DNA from: Candidatus Krumholzibacteriia bacterium
GTDB lineage: Bacteria; Krumholzibacteriota; Krumholzibacteriia; LZORAL124-64-63
Direction: 5' to 3'
Length of the DNA: 64,000 bases
Assembly (NCBI GenBank): GCA_046484865.1
Contig: JAWOID010000071.1
Span: 14,953 to 78,952, forward strand
Under the pieces are notes generated by a model, which did not search any database, had not been told where the DNA came from, and saw only the letters and a list, made by a program, of their open reading frames with translations. Positions within the stretch are counted from its first letter, which is position 1. Each line of letters starts with the position of its first letter. Positions 31,143 to 40,282 of this stretch are shown in pieces. The position numbers and the translations under genes are program-made.

Positions 31143-31571
31143 ATGTGGTTCGCCGATCTGGTCGCCGTCTTCCTCGTCGCGCTCATCTTCACCGCCATCC
31201 TGGCGGCGGTCGTGGGGTGGAGACATCCGGCCCGCGCCGATGACGACGCCGGTGTGGCGGGCGCCGCCATCTTCCTCTTCGTGATCCTCTTCTTCGCCGT
31301 CTGGGCCGGCGGAGCGTGGATCGGTCCGTTCGGACCGGTGCTCTGGACGGGCTACTGGCTGCCCTTCCTGCTGGTGGGATTCGTGGTGGCCGCCCTGTTC
31401 GCCGCGGCTGCCGGTCCGCGGCGCCCGCGTAGCCGCGCCGAGGCCGCGGCCGAGGCCCGCGCGGAAGCGCGCCAGGCCGAGGCGGAACGGCGGGCGGCGC
31501 CCATCTTCGGCGCCTTCTTCTGGATCCTCGTGCTGCTGCTGTTGCTGGCTGTGATCGCAGCTTACGTGTGA
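31143..31571 (+). CDS. Small integral membrane protein (4 predicted TM helices), unknown function
   Basis: ATG at 31143 after GGAAGGAGA. Hydrophobic segments LVAVFLVALIFTAILAAVVGW, AAIFLFVILFFAVWAGGAW, WLPFLLVGFVVAALFAAAA and FFWILVLLLLLAVIAAYV. Contains an A/E/R-rich loop. Confidence 0.5.
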   Translation: MWFADLVAVFLVALIFTAILAAVVGWRHPARADDDAGVAGAAIFLFVILFFAVWAGGAWIGPFGPVLWTGYWLPFLLVGFVVAALFAAAAGPRRPRSRAEAAAEARAEARQAEAERRAAPIFGAFFWILVLLLLLAVIAAYV

Positions 31572-31599
31572 CGCGGCTTGTGACGCCTGCGTGTGACGC
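31566..31599. repeat. Three copies of (G/T)TGTGACGC at 12-13 nt spacing
   Basis: gtgtgacgc at 31566-31574 (contains the stop codon of the upstream gene), ttgtgacgc at 31578-31586, gtgtgacgc at 31591-31599. Located between convergent gene ends. Confidence 0.7.
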
Positions 31600-31604
31600 C
31601 TCCG

Positions 31605-32072
31605 CTATCCGCGCCCGCGACGGTACCGCCCCATGAGATCGGCCTCATCGAGGACATGGGAGGCGAGTGCCTCTTGCACCTCGACCCGGGTCGAGCCTTC
31701 GGGCAGTTCCAGCGTGGCCACGTCCAGGGCGTGGAGCCGGAAGACGTAGCGATGGCCGCCGTCGCCGGCAGGCGGGCACGGCCCGCGGTAGCTGGTGGTC
31801 TGGAAGTCGTTGCGGCCGGTCACGCCCACGCCGGCGACGCCCCTCGCCAGCTGGCGGGTGTCGGCGGGAATGTCGAACAGCACCCAGTGGGTGAAGATCT
31901 CGGACGAGGCGTCCAGGTCCTCCACCACGACGACGAAGCTGCGGGTCTCTTCGGCGACGTGCTCCCACGAGAGCGGCGGGGAGACGTTCGAGCCGTCGCA
32001 GGTATGGGTGCTCGGGATGTCGGCGCCATGCCGGAAGGCCGAGCTGACGAGGCGGAAGTTCTGCCGGGCCAT
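31605..32072 (-). CDS. YbhB/YbcL-family PEBP (Raf kinase inhibitor-like) protein
   Basis: SPPLSWEHV, FVVVVEDLDA, THWVLFDIP and GPCPPAGDGGHRYVFRLHALD are PEBP signatures. Confidence 0.85.
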   Translation of the reverse strand: MARQNFRLVSSAFRHGADIPSTHTCDGSNVSPPLSWEHVAEETRSFVVVVEDLDASSEIFTHWVLFDIPADTRQLARGVAGVGVTGRNDFQTTSYRGPCPPAGDGGHRYVFRLHALDVATLELPEGSTRVEVQEALASHVLDEADLMGRYRRGRG

Positions 32073-32114
32073 GAGTTCTCCTTTCGAGACGGCTGGCCGT
32101 CGGTGCGCTGCGGT

Positions 32115-32615
32115 TCAGCCGGAGAGCGACTGATCGGCATGGGGAGCGTCGGTGAAACCGAACACGCCGTCGGGGCGCAGAAGCAGGACGCGCCGGACCT
32201 GCGGCACAGGCGGCGACCAGGCGACCGGCGAGGAGGTGGGCGGCGGCTCCGCCGCGGGCCGGTCCGGATCCGCCGGCCCCGTCGCATCCGGCTCCCTCGC
32301 GGTGACGGGCCGCTCGCCCGGCACCCAGCCGTCGAGCATGGCGTCCTCGCTGACGCTCTCCACCGTACCGACGATCTGGTATCCGTGCGAACCGTCCGGC
32401 GGCCGGACCACGAGGGTCAGGCGCGGATTGGACGCGAGATTGTCCATCGTCGTGGCGCAGAACCAGGCGGTGACCTCGAGCCGGTCGGCACCGCTTCGCG
32501 CCAGGCTCGCCGCCGTGGCCACGTGCGGCGTGCCGTCCCGACCGGTGGTGGCGATGATCAGAGGTCCCTTGCGGCGCGCGATCGCCACGGCGTCCTCCAG
32601 GTGGCGGATATCCAT
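32115..32615 (-). CDS. Pyridoxamine 5'-phosphate oxidase-like (split-barrel flavin-binding) family protein, tentative
   Basis: ATG at 32615, only 2 nt after the upstream stop (32618). PLIIATTGRDGTPHVATAAS resembles the PNPOx-like N-terminal strand motif. It is only the last 166 codons of a 637-aa track ORF. Confidence 0.55.
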   Translation of the reverse strand: MDIRHLEDAVAIARRKGPLIIATTGRDGTPHVATAASLARSGADRLEVTAWFCATTMDNLASNPRLTLVVRPPDGSHGYQIVGTVESVSEDAMLDGWVPGERPVTAREPDATGPADPDRPAAEPPPTSSPVAWSPPVPQVRRVLLLRPDGVFGFTDAPHADQSLSG

Positions 32616-32617
32616 CG

Positions 32618-34669
32618 TCACACTCCGAAAGGATAGGTGTCGGGAACGCCGGCGAGATCGACCGTCGCCAGCGGGCGCACGGCCTCGGTCTCGGCCACGA
32701 AGATCCACTCGTCGAACTGCTCGGGCAGTACGGCCTGGAAGTAGTGGCTCGCCAGCTCGGATTCGGGGCGGTAGATGACACCGATGGCGCGCTCCAGACG
32801 CGGGTCGGACAGCGCACGGCGTACCTCGTCGGCCGCCGCGCCGCCCCTCAGGGGCAGCGCGAAGCGCTCGGCGCCGCTGTCGCGGCAGGCCGCCTCGTAG
32901 CTGTCGGGCAGAGCCGGACGCACACGCTTGATCTCCATCGGGCCGCCCCAGTCGGTGGCCGCGGCCACCGTGCCGCGATCGGTCCCGAACCCGACGAGGT
33001 AGGCGCCGTCCCCGTACTCGTCGCGGCAGAGCTGACCCACGTTGTGCTCTCCTCGCGCCCCCATCTCGGTGGCGCGGGCGTTGCCCACGTGGCTGTTGTG
33101 CTCCCAGACCACCGCGCGCGAACCGGCGCCGTGGAAGGACCGCAGCGCCTGCAGGGTCTCGAACATGTGGCTGTCGCGCAGATTCCACGACTCTCGCGAG
33201 CCGTAGTACATCACCCGGTAGTAACGCTCCGCGTTGCTCACCAGGCGCGCGTTCTGCATCGCATCGAGATAGCGGTGGCCGTCCTGCCCGATGTAGCGCA
33301 GGCGGTTCTCCAGCAGGTCGCCGAGGGTGGCCAGGACCTTCTGCTCGCATTCCCGGTAGCCCTTCGTGAGGGCCGCCCTCCCGTAAGCCGCGGGATCGCG
33401 CTCCCAGGGCTCGAGGCACTCGTAGCGGCGACGCGCCACCGACGCAGCCTCCGGGTCCACCTCGTCCAGATACCGCAGGACGGCGTCCATGGAGGTGTAG
33501 AGGCTGTACAGATCCAGGCCGTGGAATCCCACGCGCTCGGCCGGGGACAGCCCGGCGTTGTGGTGGCGCAGCCAGTCGACGAATTCGCGCACCTCCTGGT
33601 TGCGCCACATCCAGGTGGGAAACCGCGCGAAGGCCTGCCAGTCGGCCGGCGGCGACGCGAGGTCGCGGACCCAGTGGTCGATGCGCGCCGCGTCCGGCCA
33701 GTCCGCCTCCACCGCCACCATGCCGAAGCCGGCGCGCTCGACGAGGGCTCGCGTGAGCCGGGCCCGCAGGCGATAGAACTCCGACGTGCCGTGGGTGGCT
33801 TCGCCCAGCAGCACCACCCGCGCGTCTGCCACGCGCTCGAGGAACGCGTCCGTGTCCAGGTCGAGTCCGGTGAACGTCTGGGCGTGGCGGCCGATCACCT
33901 CGGGAGCACCGGCGGCGGGCCCGATCGCGGCCGGCGGCGCCATCCCGGGTTCCTGCGCCCGGGGAGCGGCCGCGGATCCGTGCGGGGCCGCCGGTCGGCC
34001 CACGTCCGCACTGCCGGCGTCGCTCCACCCCTCGGCGCCGATGAGAGGCACGAAGCGCACCGGAGCGAGCGTGCTCTCCTCGTAGCGCTCGACGCTCACC
34101 CGCGTCACCCTCACCAGCTGCTGCTCGTAGGCGTTGGGCCCCACCGGGATCACCAGCCGCCCGCCCACCGCGAGCTGTTCGCGCAGGCTGGCCGGGATCC
34201 GCGGGCCCGCGGCCGCCACCGTGATGGCGTCGAAGGGAGCCCGCTCCGGAAAGCCGCGGGTGCCGTCGCCGTGAACGATGCTCACGTTGTCGTAGCCGAG
34301 GTCGGTGAGCCGCCGCCGGGCGGCGTCGGCCAGCTCGGCGTGCCGCTCCACGGCCACGACCTCGGCCACCATGCGACTCATCACCGCCGCCGCGTAGCCG
34401 GAACCGGCGCCGATCTCCAGCACCCGGTCTTCCGGTTCGAGATCGAGCGCGTCGATCATCGCGGCCACGATGTACGGCTGGGAGATGGTCTGGTCGCTCC
34501 CGATGGGCAGCGGACCGTCTTCGTAAGCGTAGTCTCTCAGTTCGGGCGGAACGAACGCCTCCCGCGGGACCGTGCGCATGGCCTCCAGCAAGCGGGCGTC
34601 ACGAATACCCCGGCCGGCGATCTGGTGCTCGACCATGCGGCGGCGCTGTGTTGCCGGATCGCGGTTCAT
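32618..34669 (-). CDS. Fusion: protein-L-isoaspartate O-methyltransferase (N-terminal) + erythromycin esterase-like/ChaN-like domain (C-terminal)
   Basis: ATG at 34669 lies 7 nt after GGGAGG. PCMT motifs TISQPYIVAAMIDAL, VLEIGAGSGYAAAVMS and GRLVIPVG. A P/A-rich linker follows, then LLGEATHGTSEFYRLRARLTRALVE..GFGMVAVEADWPDA and VVWEHNSHVG, typical of the erythromycin esterase family. Confidence 0.8.
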   Translation of the reverse strand: MNRDPATQRRRMVEHQIAGRGIRDARLLEAMRTVPREAFVPPELRDYAYEDGPLPIGSDQTISQPYIVAAMIDALDLEPEDRVLEIGAGSGYAAAVMSRMVAEVVAVERHAELADAARRRLTDLGYDNVSIVHGDGTRGFPERAPFDAITVAAAGPRIPASLREQLAVGGRLVIPVGPNAYEQQLVRVTRVSVERYEESTLAPVRFVPLIGAEGWSDAGSADVGRPAAPHGSAAAPRAQEPGMAPPAAIGPAAGAPEVIGRHAQTFTGLDLDTDAFLERVADARVVLLGEATHGTSEFYRLRARLTRALVERAGFGMVAVEADWPDAARIDHWVRDLASPPADWQAFARFPTWMWRNQEVREFVDWLRHHNAGLSPAERVGFHGLDLYSLYTSMDAVLRYLDEVDPEAASVARRRYECLEPWERDPAAYGRAALTKGYRECEQKVLATLGDLLENRLRYIGQDGHRYLDAMQNARLVSNAERYYRVMYYGSRESWNLRDSHMFETLQALRSFHGAGSRAVVWEHNSHVGNARATEMGARGEHNVGQLCRDEYGDGAYLVGFGTDRGTVAAATDWGGPMEIKRVRPALPDSYEAACRDSGAERFALPLRGGAAADEVRRALSDPRLERAIGVIYRPESELASHYFQAVLPEQFDEWIFVAETEAVRPLATVDLAGVPDTYPFGV

Positions 34670-34883
34670 GCCTCTCCCTCCCGGAGCGGTATCGGCCCCG
34701 GGAGGCAAGTTAGAGGCGAAGCGGCCGCGGCCGCCAACGGCATGCGACCGCGCTCGCGCGGAGGTGGGAGGATCCCGGATTCTCGCCCCGGCGGGCCCCG
34801 GCGGACGATCGGCAGCGGCCCGGAACTCGCTGCGGGCTGCCCGAATCGCCCGCCTAGCCCGGATGATTCATGAATCATCCGGG

Positions 34884-37058
34884 CTAGTCGCCGAAGCCGA
34901 GCCGGCGGTTCAACTCCATGATCAGCTCCCGGGCCGCGTCCGGAATCACCGTGCCGGGCCCGAAGATCGCCGCGGCGCCGTGCTCGCGCAGCTGGGCGTA
35001 ATCCTGCGCCGGGATGACGCCGCCGCAGATGACGAGGATATCGTCCCGCCCGAGGCGGCGCAGCTCGGCCACGAGTTGCGGCAGCAGCGTCTTGTGCCCC
35101 CCGGCGAGGGAGGAGATCCCCACCACGTGGACGTCGTTCTCCACCGCCTGGCGCGCGGTCTCCTCGGGGGTCTGGAAGAGCGGCCCCACGTCCACGTCGA
35201 AGCCCAGGTCGGCGAGCGCCGTGGCCACCACCTTGGCGCCGCGGTCGTGTCCATCCTGGCCCATCTTCGCCACCAGGATACGCGGCCGGCGCCCCTCCCG
35301 CCGGGCGAAGCGGTCGATCAGCATGCGCACGTCGTCGATGTTCGCGTCCTTTCCGAAGGCTGCGCCGTAAACGCCTGATATCGTGCGGATTTCAGCCTTG
35401 TGGCGCCCGACGACCTTCTCCATGGCCCCGCTGATCTCGCCCAGCGTGGCGCGCGCCCGGGCGGCCTCCACCGAGAGGGCCAGCAGGTTCCCCGCCCCGG
35501 TCTCGGCACAGCGGCCGAGCGCCTCCAGGGACGACTCCACCCTGGCCGGATCACGCTCTCGCCGGAGCCGCTCGAGCCGCTCGAGCTGCTGCCGGCGCAC
35601 CTCGGTGTTGTCCACCTCGAGGATCTCGATGGGATCCTCGTGCTCCAGCCGGTAGCGGTTCAAGCCGACGATGATCTCCTGCCCCGAATCGATGCGAGCC
35701 TGACGCCGCGCCGCCGCCTCCTCGATGCGCAGCTTGGGCAGGCCGGTCTCGATGGCGCGGGCCATGCCCCCGTGCTCCTCCACCTCGCGGATGTGCCCCC
35801 AGGCACGGTGCATCAACTCGTGGGTGAGCCGCTCCAGGTAGTAGCTGCCGCCCCACGGATCCACCACGCGGGTGATCCCGGTCTCGTCCGCCAGGTAGAG
35901 CTGGGTGTTGCGGGCGATCCGCGCCGAGAAGTCCGTGGGCAGGGCGATGGCCTCGTCCAGCGCGTTCGTGTGCAGCGACTGCGTGTGTCCGAGCACTGCG
36001 GCCATGGCCTCGATGCACGTGCGCACCACGTTGTTGAACGGATCCTGCTCCGACAGCGACCAGCCGCTGGTCTGGGAGTGGGTGCGCAGGGCCAGCGACC
36101 GGCGATCGGCGGGAGCGAAGTCCTTCATCAATTTCGCCCACAGTAGCCGGCCCGCCCGCAGCTTGGCCATCTCCATGAAATAGTTCATCCCCTCGGCCCA
36201 GAAGAACGAGAGGCGCGGCGCGAAGCGGTCGACCGGCAGTCCGGCGCTCAGACCCGTGCGGACGTACTCCACGCCGTCGGCGAGGGTGTAGGCCAGCTCC
36301 AGGTCGGCCGTGGCGCCCGCCTCCTGCATGTGGTAGCCGCTGATGGAGATGGAGTTGAAGCGCGGCAGGTTCTGCGCCGTGTAGGCGAAGATGTCGCCGA
36401 TGATCCGCATCGAGAAGCCGGGCGGGTAGATGTACGTGTTGCGGACCATGTACTCCTTGAGGATGTCGTTCTGGATCGTCCCGCTGAGCCGGTCCAGACG
36501 CGCACCCTGCTCCTCGGCGGCCACGATGTAGAACGCCATCACCGGCAGGACGGCGCCGTTCATCGTCATGGAGACCGAGATCTCGTCGAGAGGAATGCCG
36601 CGGAAGAGGACCTCCATGTCGAGGATGGAGTCGATCGCCACGCCGGCCTTGCCCACGTCTCCGATCACGCGCGGATGATCGCTGTCGTAACCGCGATGGG
36701 TGGCCAGGTCGAAGGCCACCGACAGCCCCTTCTGCCCGGCCGCGAGATTGCGCCGGTAGAAGGCGTTGCTCTCCTCGGCGGTGGAGAAGCCGGCGTACTG
36801 CCGCACGGTCCACGGGCGGGTGACGTACATCGAGGCGTACGGGCCGCGCAGGTAGGGCGGGAACCCGGCGAGATGGTCCAGATGCTCGAGACCGGCCATG
36901 TCCTGCGGGCCGTACAGCGGCTTCACCGGGATCTGTTCGCCGGTGATCCAGGGCTCGTGCCGGCCGGCGGCGGCGATGCATGCCTGCCGCGATTCGCGGT
37001 CGCCGGCGGCGAGATCCGGATCGAGGGCGACGCGCGTGAAGTCGGGGATCCGGGTCAT
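34884..37058 (-). CDS. mutB: Methylmalonyl-CoA mutase large (alpha) subunit with C-terminal B12-binding domain
   Basis: [26 protein letters not shown] and [19 protein letters not shown]12 domain [19 protein letters not shown]. The ATG overlaps the mutA stop as ATGA (37055-37058). Confidence 0.95.
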   Translation of the reverse strand: MTRIPDFTRVALDPDLAAGDRESRQACIAAAGRHEPWITGEQIPVKPLYGPQDMAGLEHLDHLAGFPPYLRGPYASMYVTRPWTVRQYAGFSTAEESNAFYRRNLAAGQKGLSVAFDLATHRGYDSDHPRVIGDVGKAGVAIDSILDMEVLFRGIPLDEISVSMTMNGAVLPVMAFYIVAAEEQGARLDRLSGTIQNDILKEYMVRNTYIYPPGFSMRIIGDIFAYTAQNLPRFNSISISGYHMQEAGATADLELAYTLADGVEYVRTGLSAGLPVDRFAPRLSFFWAEGMNYFMEMAKLRAGRLLWAKLMKDFAPADRRSLALRTHSQTSGWSLSEQDPFNNVVRTCIEAMAAVLGHTQSLHTNALDEAIALPTDFSARIARNTQLYLADETGITRVVDPWGGSYYLERLTHELMHRAWGHIREVEEHGGMARAIETGLPKLRIEEAAARRQARIDSGQEIIVGLNRYRLEHEDPIEILEVDNTEVRRQQLERLERLRRERDPARVESSLEALGRCAETGAGNLLALSVEAARARATLGEISGAMEKVVGRHKAEIRTISGVYGAAFGKDANIDDVRMLIDRFARREGRRPRILVAKMGQDGHDRGAKVVATALADLGFDVDVGPLFQTPEETARQAVENDVHVVGISSLAGGHKTLLPQLVAELRRLGRDDILVICGGVIPAQDYAQLREHGAAAIFGPGTVIPDAARELIMELNRRLGFGD

Positions 37059-39238
37059 GACTGCACCCCGCTCTCGGCGGCCAGCTCGTCCAGGACCGCC
37101 AGGGCGTCCGACTGCGCATGGATGAAGCGGTCAACCCCCGCGGCCTCCAGCTGCGGCACGAGGTCCTTCGGGTAACCGGCCAGGATGACCGTGCGTGGAC
37201 CGCCGTCGCGCTTCAGCTTCTCGGCGGTGGCCACCGCCAGCTCCTGATAGGTTTCGTCGCGTCCCACGATCACCACCCGGGGAGCACCGCCCCGCCGGGC
37301 CGCGGCCGCCGCCTCGGTGGGCGTGTCGAACCAGCCCCGCTCCTCCACCCGGAAGCCGCCCACCTGGAAGAAGGCGCGGGTGAAGTCGAGCCGGGGCGTG
37401 TAGCGCGCGACGTCCCCCAGGCAGCAGAGGTGGACGCGCACGGCATCCGGTTCCTCGGCCGCCCGCGCCAGCACCGCTCTGCGGAGCCGTTCGAACGGCT
37501 CGGCGGCGCGGCACGGCCGCAGCGGGGCGACCTGCGGGCCGGGCCGGACGTCGGACCGCAGCGCCGACGTCAGCTCGCCGAGCGTGGTGCCGCGTCCAGC
37601 CGCCGCCGCGAGGGCGGGCAGGAGCTGCGCCGGCTCGGCACGGAGCATCTCCTCCACGCGTTCGAGCTCCTGGCTGCGGTCCCGGCCGGCGGCGCCCCGC
37701 AGTCCCTGCATCGCGGCGGCCCGCTGCCGGTGCAGCGACCGGTAGTGGGGCACGTTGGGCGCGGGCGTCTTCTCCGTGGCGTCGGGGTACTGGTTGGTGC
37801 CGACGATGACGCTGCGCCGCAGGGCCGCCTTGCGCGCGCGCTCGTCGGCCACGGCTGCGATCCGACCCTGGATCTCGCCCGACGCCAGTGCCGCCATCAT
37901 GCCGCCGTCGCCCTCGATCTCCTGGAAGATGGACCAGGCCAGATCCCCGAGATCGGCGGTGAGCCGCTCCACGTACCACGAGCCGCCGGCCGGATCCACC
38001 ACCGCCGCCAGGTGCGACTCCTCGCGCAGGATGGTGTGGGTGTTCCGGGCGAGCCGGCGCGCCAGCTCCGACGGCAGCCCGAGGGGAGCGTCGAAGGGCA
38101 GCACGGTGAGGCTGTCCACGCCCCCCAGCACCGCAGCCATGGCCTCGGTGGTGGTGCGCAGGATGTTCACGTGACGGTCGTAGACGGTCTTGGTGAAGCT
38201 GCTCGTGCGCGCGTGCACCCGTGTGCGGCGCGCCAGGTCGTCGTCGCCGCCGCAGCTGCGCACGACCTGCGCCCACAGCACCCGCGCAGCGCGCAGCTTG
38301 GCGATCTCCATGAAGAAGTGCGTGCCCACGCCGAAGCCCAGCTGCAGGTGGGGGATGACCTCGCCGGGAGGCAGCCCCTCCCGCTCCAGGGCGCGCAGGT
38401 GCTCCACGGCCGCCGCCAGCGTGAAGGCCAGCTCCTGCGCCGCGTTGCCCCCGGCCTCGTGATAGGGATAGCCCCAGGCGGCCACGGTCCTCAGGTCCGG
38501 AGCCGAGGTGCGAGCCCAGCGCGTGAGCGCTGCCACCTCGCGGTAGAGACGGTCGGTGCGCACGGGTAACGTCCCACGCATCGCCAGCAGCGCCACCGGA
38601 TCCGCGCCCACGCAGCCGCGCAGGCGACGCGGGTCCTCGCCGCGACCCTCCACCAGTGCCAGCAGCAGCGCGGTCGCGGGCAGCGCCACGACGCCGGCGT
38701 CCAGGTAGACGGGATGCTCCTCGAGCGAGATGCCGTCGAGCGCGCGGGCGAGATCGGCCACGACGGCCACCGACAGCCCGTCGCGCCCCACTCCGCCCGG
38801 TTCGGCGTGGTCGGGATCGCGCCCGGAGCGCGACGCGGCGTCGAGCACCAGCGCCACCGCATCCTGGCCCCGCTCGAGGTCGTGGCGCAGCACCAGGTTC
38901 AGGTCCTCGGCGAGCGGGAAGAGCAGATCCTGCACGACGTCCCAGGAGCCGCGGCGGTGATCCAGCGGCCGCATCCCCCGCAGGAAGGGGTACTCGCCCG
39001 GACACGAGGCCGTCCAGGGCAGATCATCGAGATCGGACCGGGTGTAGATGGGTCGAAGAGTCACCCCCTCGTCGGTGGGAGTGAGCATCGCCTTCTCGAA
39101 GGGCACCCCCGCGAGCTGACGGACCACCTCGTCGTACCAGTCATCGAGACTCGCTGCTGCGAACCCCGCCAGCAGCCGCTCGCGCGGCTCGCCGGGGTCG
39201 CCGTCGCCGGCCGTTCCCCGCCTGGGATCTCCGTCCAT
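37055..39238 (-). CDS. mutA: Methylmalonyl-CoA mutase small (beta) subunit
   Basis: ATG at 39238 after GGAAGGA. MCM-like barrel ([26 protein letters not shown]), but the C-terminal domain lacks the DxHxxG B12 motif, as expected for MutA. Translationally coupled to mutB. Confidence 0.85.
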   Translation of the reverse strand: MDGDPRRGTAGDGDPGEPRERLLAGFAAASLDDWYDEVVRQLAGVPFEKAMLTPTDEGVTLRPIYTRSDLDDLPWTASCPGEYPFLRGMRPLDHRRGSWDVVQDLLFPLAEDLNLVLRHDLERGQDAVALVLDAASRSGRDPDHAEPGGVGRDGLSVAVVADLARALDGISLEEHPVYLDAGVVALPATALLLALVEGRGEDPRRLRGCVGADPVALLAMRGTLPVRTDRLYREVAALTRWARTSAPDLRTVAAWGYPYHEAGGNAAQELAFTLAAAVEHLRALEREGLPPGEVIPHLQLGFGVGTHFFMEIAKLRAARVLWAQVVRSCGGDDDLARRTRVHARTSSFTKTVYDRHVNILRTTTEAMAAVLGGVDSLTVLPFDAPLGLPSELARRLARNTHTILREESHLAAVVDPAGGSWYVERLTADLGDLAWSIFQEIEGDGGMMAALASGEIQGRIAAVADERARKAALRRSVIVGTNQYPDATEKTPAPNVPHYRSLHRQRAAAMQGLRGAAGRDRSQELERVEEMLRAEPAQLLPALAAAAGRGTTLGELTSALRSDVRPGPQVAPLRPCRAAEPFERLRRAVLARAAEEPDAVRVHLCCLGDVARYTPRLDFTRAFFQVGGFRVEERGWFDTPTEAAAAARRGGAPRVVIVGRDETYQELAVATAEKLKRDGGPRTVILAGYPKDLVPQLEAAGVDRFIHAQSDALAVLDELAAESGVQS

Positions 39239-39402
39239 CTCGCCGCCGTCCTTCCGATAATGACCGCGCCGGTCATGGGTGCGACCGCCCGGCGCGTCCG
39301 GTCCAATGTAACAGGATCGGCGCCCCCGCACGACCACGACGGCCACCCGGCGGCGGAATGGATACGGGTGGGAGCGGGAGGGCGGGGAGGCGCCGGGACG
39401 AT

Positions 39403-39996
39403 TCAGTCCGCGCGCAGGCCGCCGAGCAGGAACCCGGCGACGGCCGTGGCCTTGCTCTCGAGACGGACGTTCCGGCGCGACAGCACCCAGTCGGTGGCCA
39501 TCTCGTCGAGGACGCCGAAGATGGCCTTGGCCGCGAACAGCGGGTCCAGTTCGGCACGGAACCGCCCCTCCGTCTGCCCCTGGACGACCACCTCGGCCAG
39601 GATGCCCAGGTACTCCCGCACCTGCTGGCGCGAGAGCTGTCCCATGAAGTGCACGCTGTGCCGCAACTCCACCTGGGTGATGATCGCCAGGTCACGATCT
39701 TCCCCCACCAGACCCAGGTGGAGCTCGACGATGCGCCTCAGCTTGCTCTCGGCGTCGGCCTCGCCGGGAAGCTGCGCGCGTCCCTCGTCGATGAACCGGC
39801 GCACGGCGCGATCGAAGAGCGAGAGCAGCAGGTCGTCCTTGCTGGCGAAGTAGAGATAGATGGTGCCGTCGGCGACGCCGGCCCGGCGGGCGATCATCGA
39901 GACGGTCGTCTGGTAGTACCCGCGTCGCGCGATCTCGGCCACCGCGGCGTCGAGGATCCGCTCTCGCTTTTCTCCGCTGTTGCGAGTCACCGCCAT
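39403..39996 (-). CDS. fadR: TetR-family fatty-acid degradation repressor, FadR(YsiA)-like
   Basis: ATG 5 nt after GGGGAG. HTH ILDAAVAEIARRGYYQTTVSMIARRAGVADGTIYLYFASKDDLLLSLF, and LAIITQVELRHS. Both resemble B. subtilis FadR/YsiA as I recall it. Divergent from the fadN-fadA-fadE genes. Confidence 0.8.
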   Translation of the reverse strand: MAVTRNSGEKRERILDAAVAEIARRGYYQTTVSMIARRAGVADGTIYLYFASKDDLLLSLFDRAVRRFIDEGRAQLPGEADAESKLRRIVELHLGLVGEDRDLAIITQVELRHSVHFMGQLSRQQVREYLGILAEVVVQGQTEGRFRAELDPLFAAKAIFGVLDEMATDWVLSRRNVRLESKATAVAGFLLGGLRAD

Positions 39997-40145
39997 GCCG
40001 GCTCCCCGGTCTGCCGCGCCGCCGAGGCCTGGGCAGACATGAACGACGATTCAGCGCCTCGGCCCGTTCTGCGGGCGCGTGCCGTCTTCATGATACACCA
40101 CCGCAATCGGCTCGCCAAGCCCCTCAAACGAGATCGCGGAGTTCG

Positions 40146-40174
40146 TTGACACTTCTTCGCAACTCGACTAGACT
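40146..40174 (+). promoter_or_regulatory. Sigma-70-type promoter candidate for fadN-fadA-fadE
   Basis: TTGACA (40146-40151), a 17-nt spacer, then TAGACT (40169-40174). It sits in a locally AT-richer patch ~110 nt upstream of the fadN ATG. Confidence 0.55.
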
Positions 40175-40176
40175 AC

Positions 40177-40194
40177 TGAATGGCTATTCATTCG
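40177..40194. promoter_or_regulatory. FadR(YsiA)-box-like operator
   Basis: TGAATGGCTATTCATTCG. The inverted arms GAATG (40178-40182) and CATTC (40189-40193) start 3 nt after the -10 element. It matches 14 of 16 specified positions of the B. subtilis FadR box TGAATGAnTAnTCATTCA as I recall it. Confidence 0.55.
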
Positions 40195-40282
40195 CGGCCG
40201 AAAAATGAGGCGCAGGTCGCTGTCCGTCCCGCCGTGAGGGCGCCGCGATGGACCGCACGCACAACCGACACGGGGAGGAGCC

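Noticed and set aside
27719-31270. 1183-aa minus-strand ORF
   Set aside because: It is antisense to the Omp85-fusion gene and has low-complexity R/G/H/E composition.
39239-39402. Looked for a cobalamin riboswitch upstream of mutA
   Set aside because: I could not recognise a B12-box or the conserved riboswitch core by eye. The region is short and GC-rich. It is not reported as a feature, and a covariance-model scan would settle the question.
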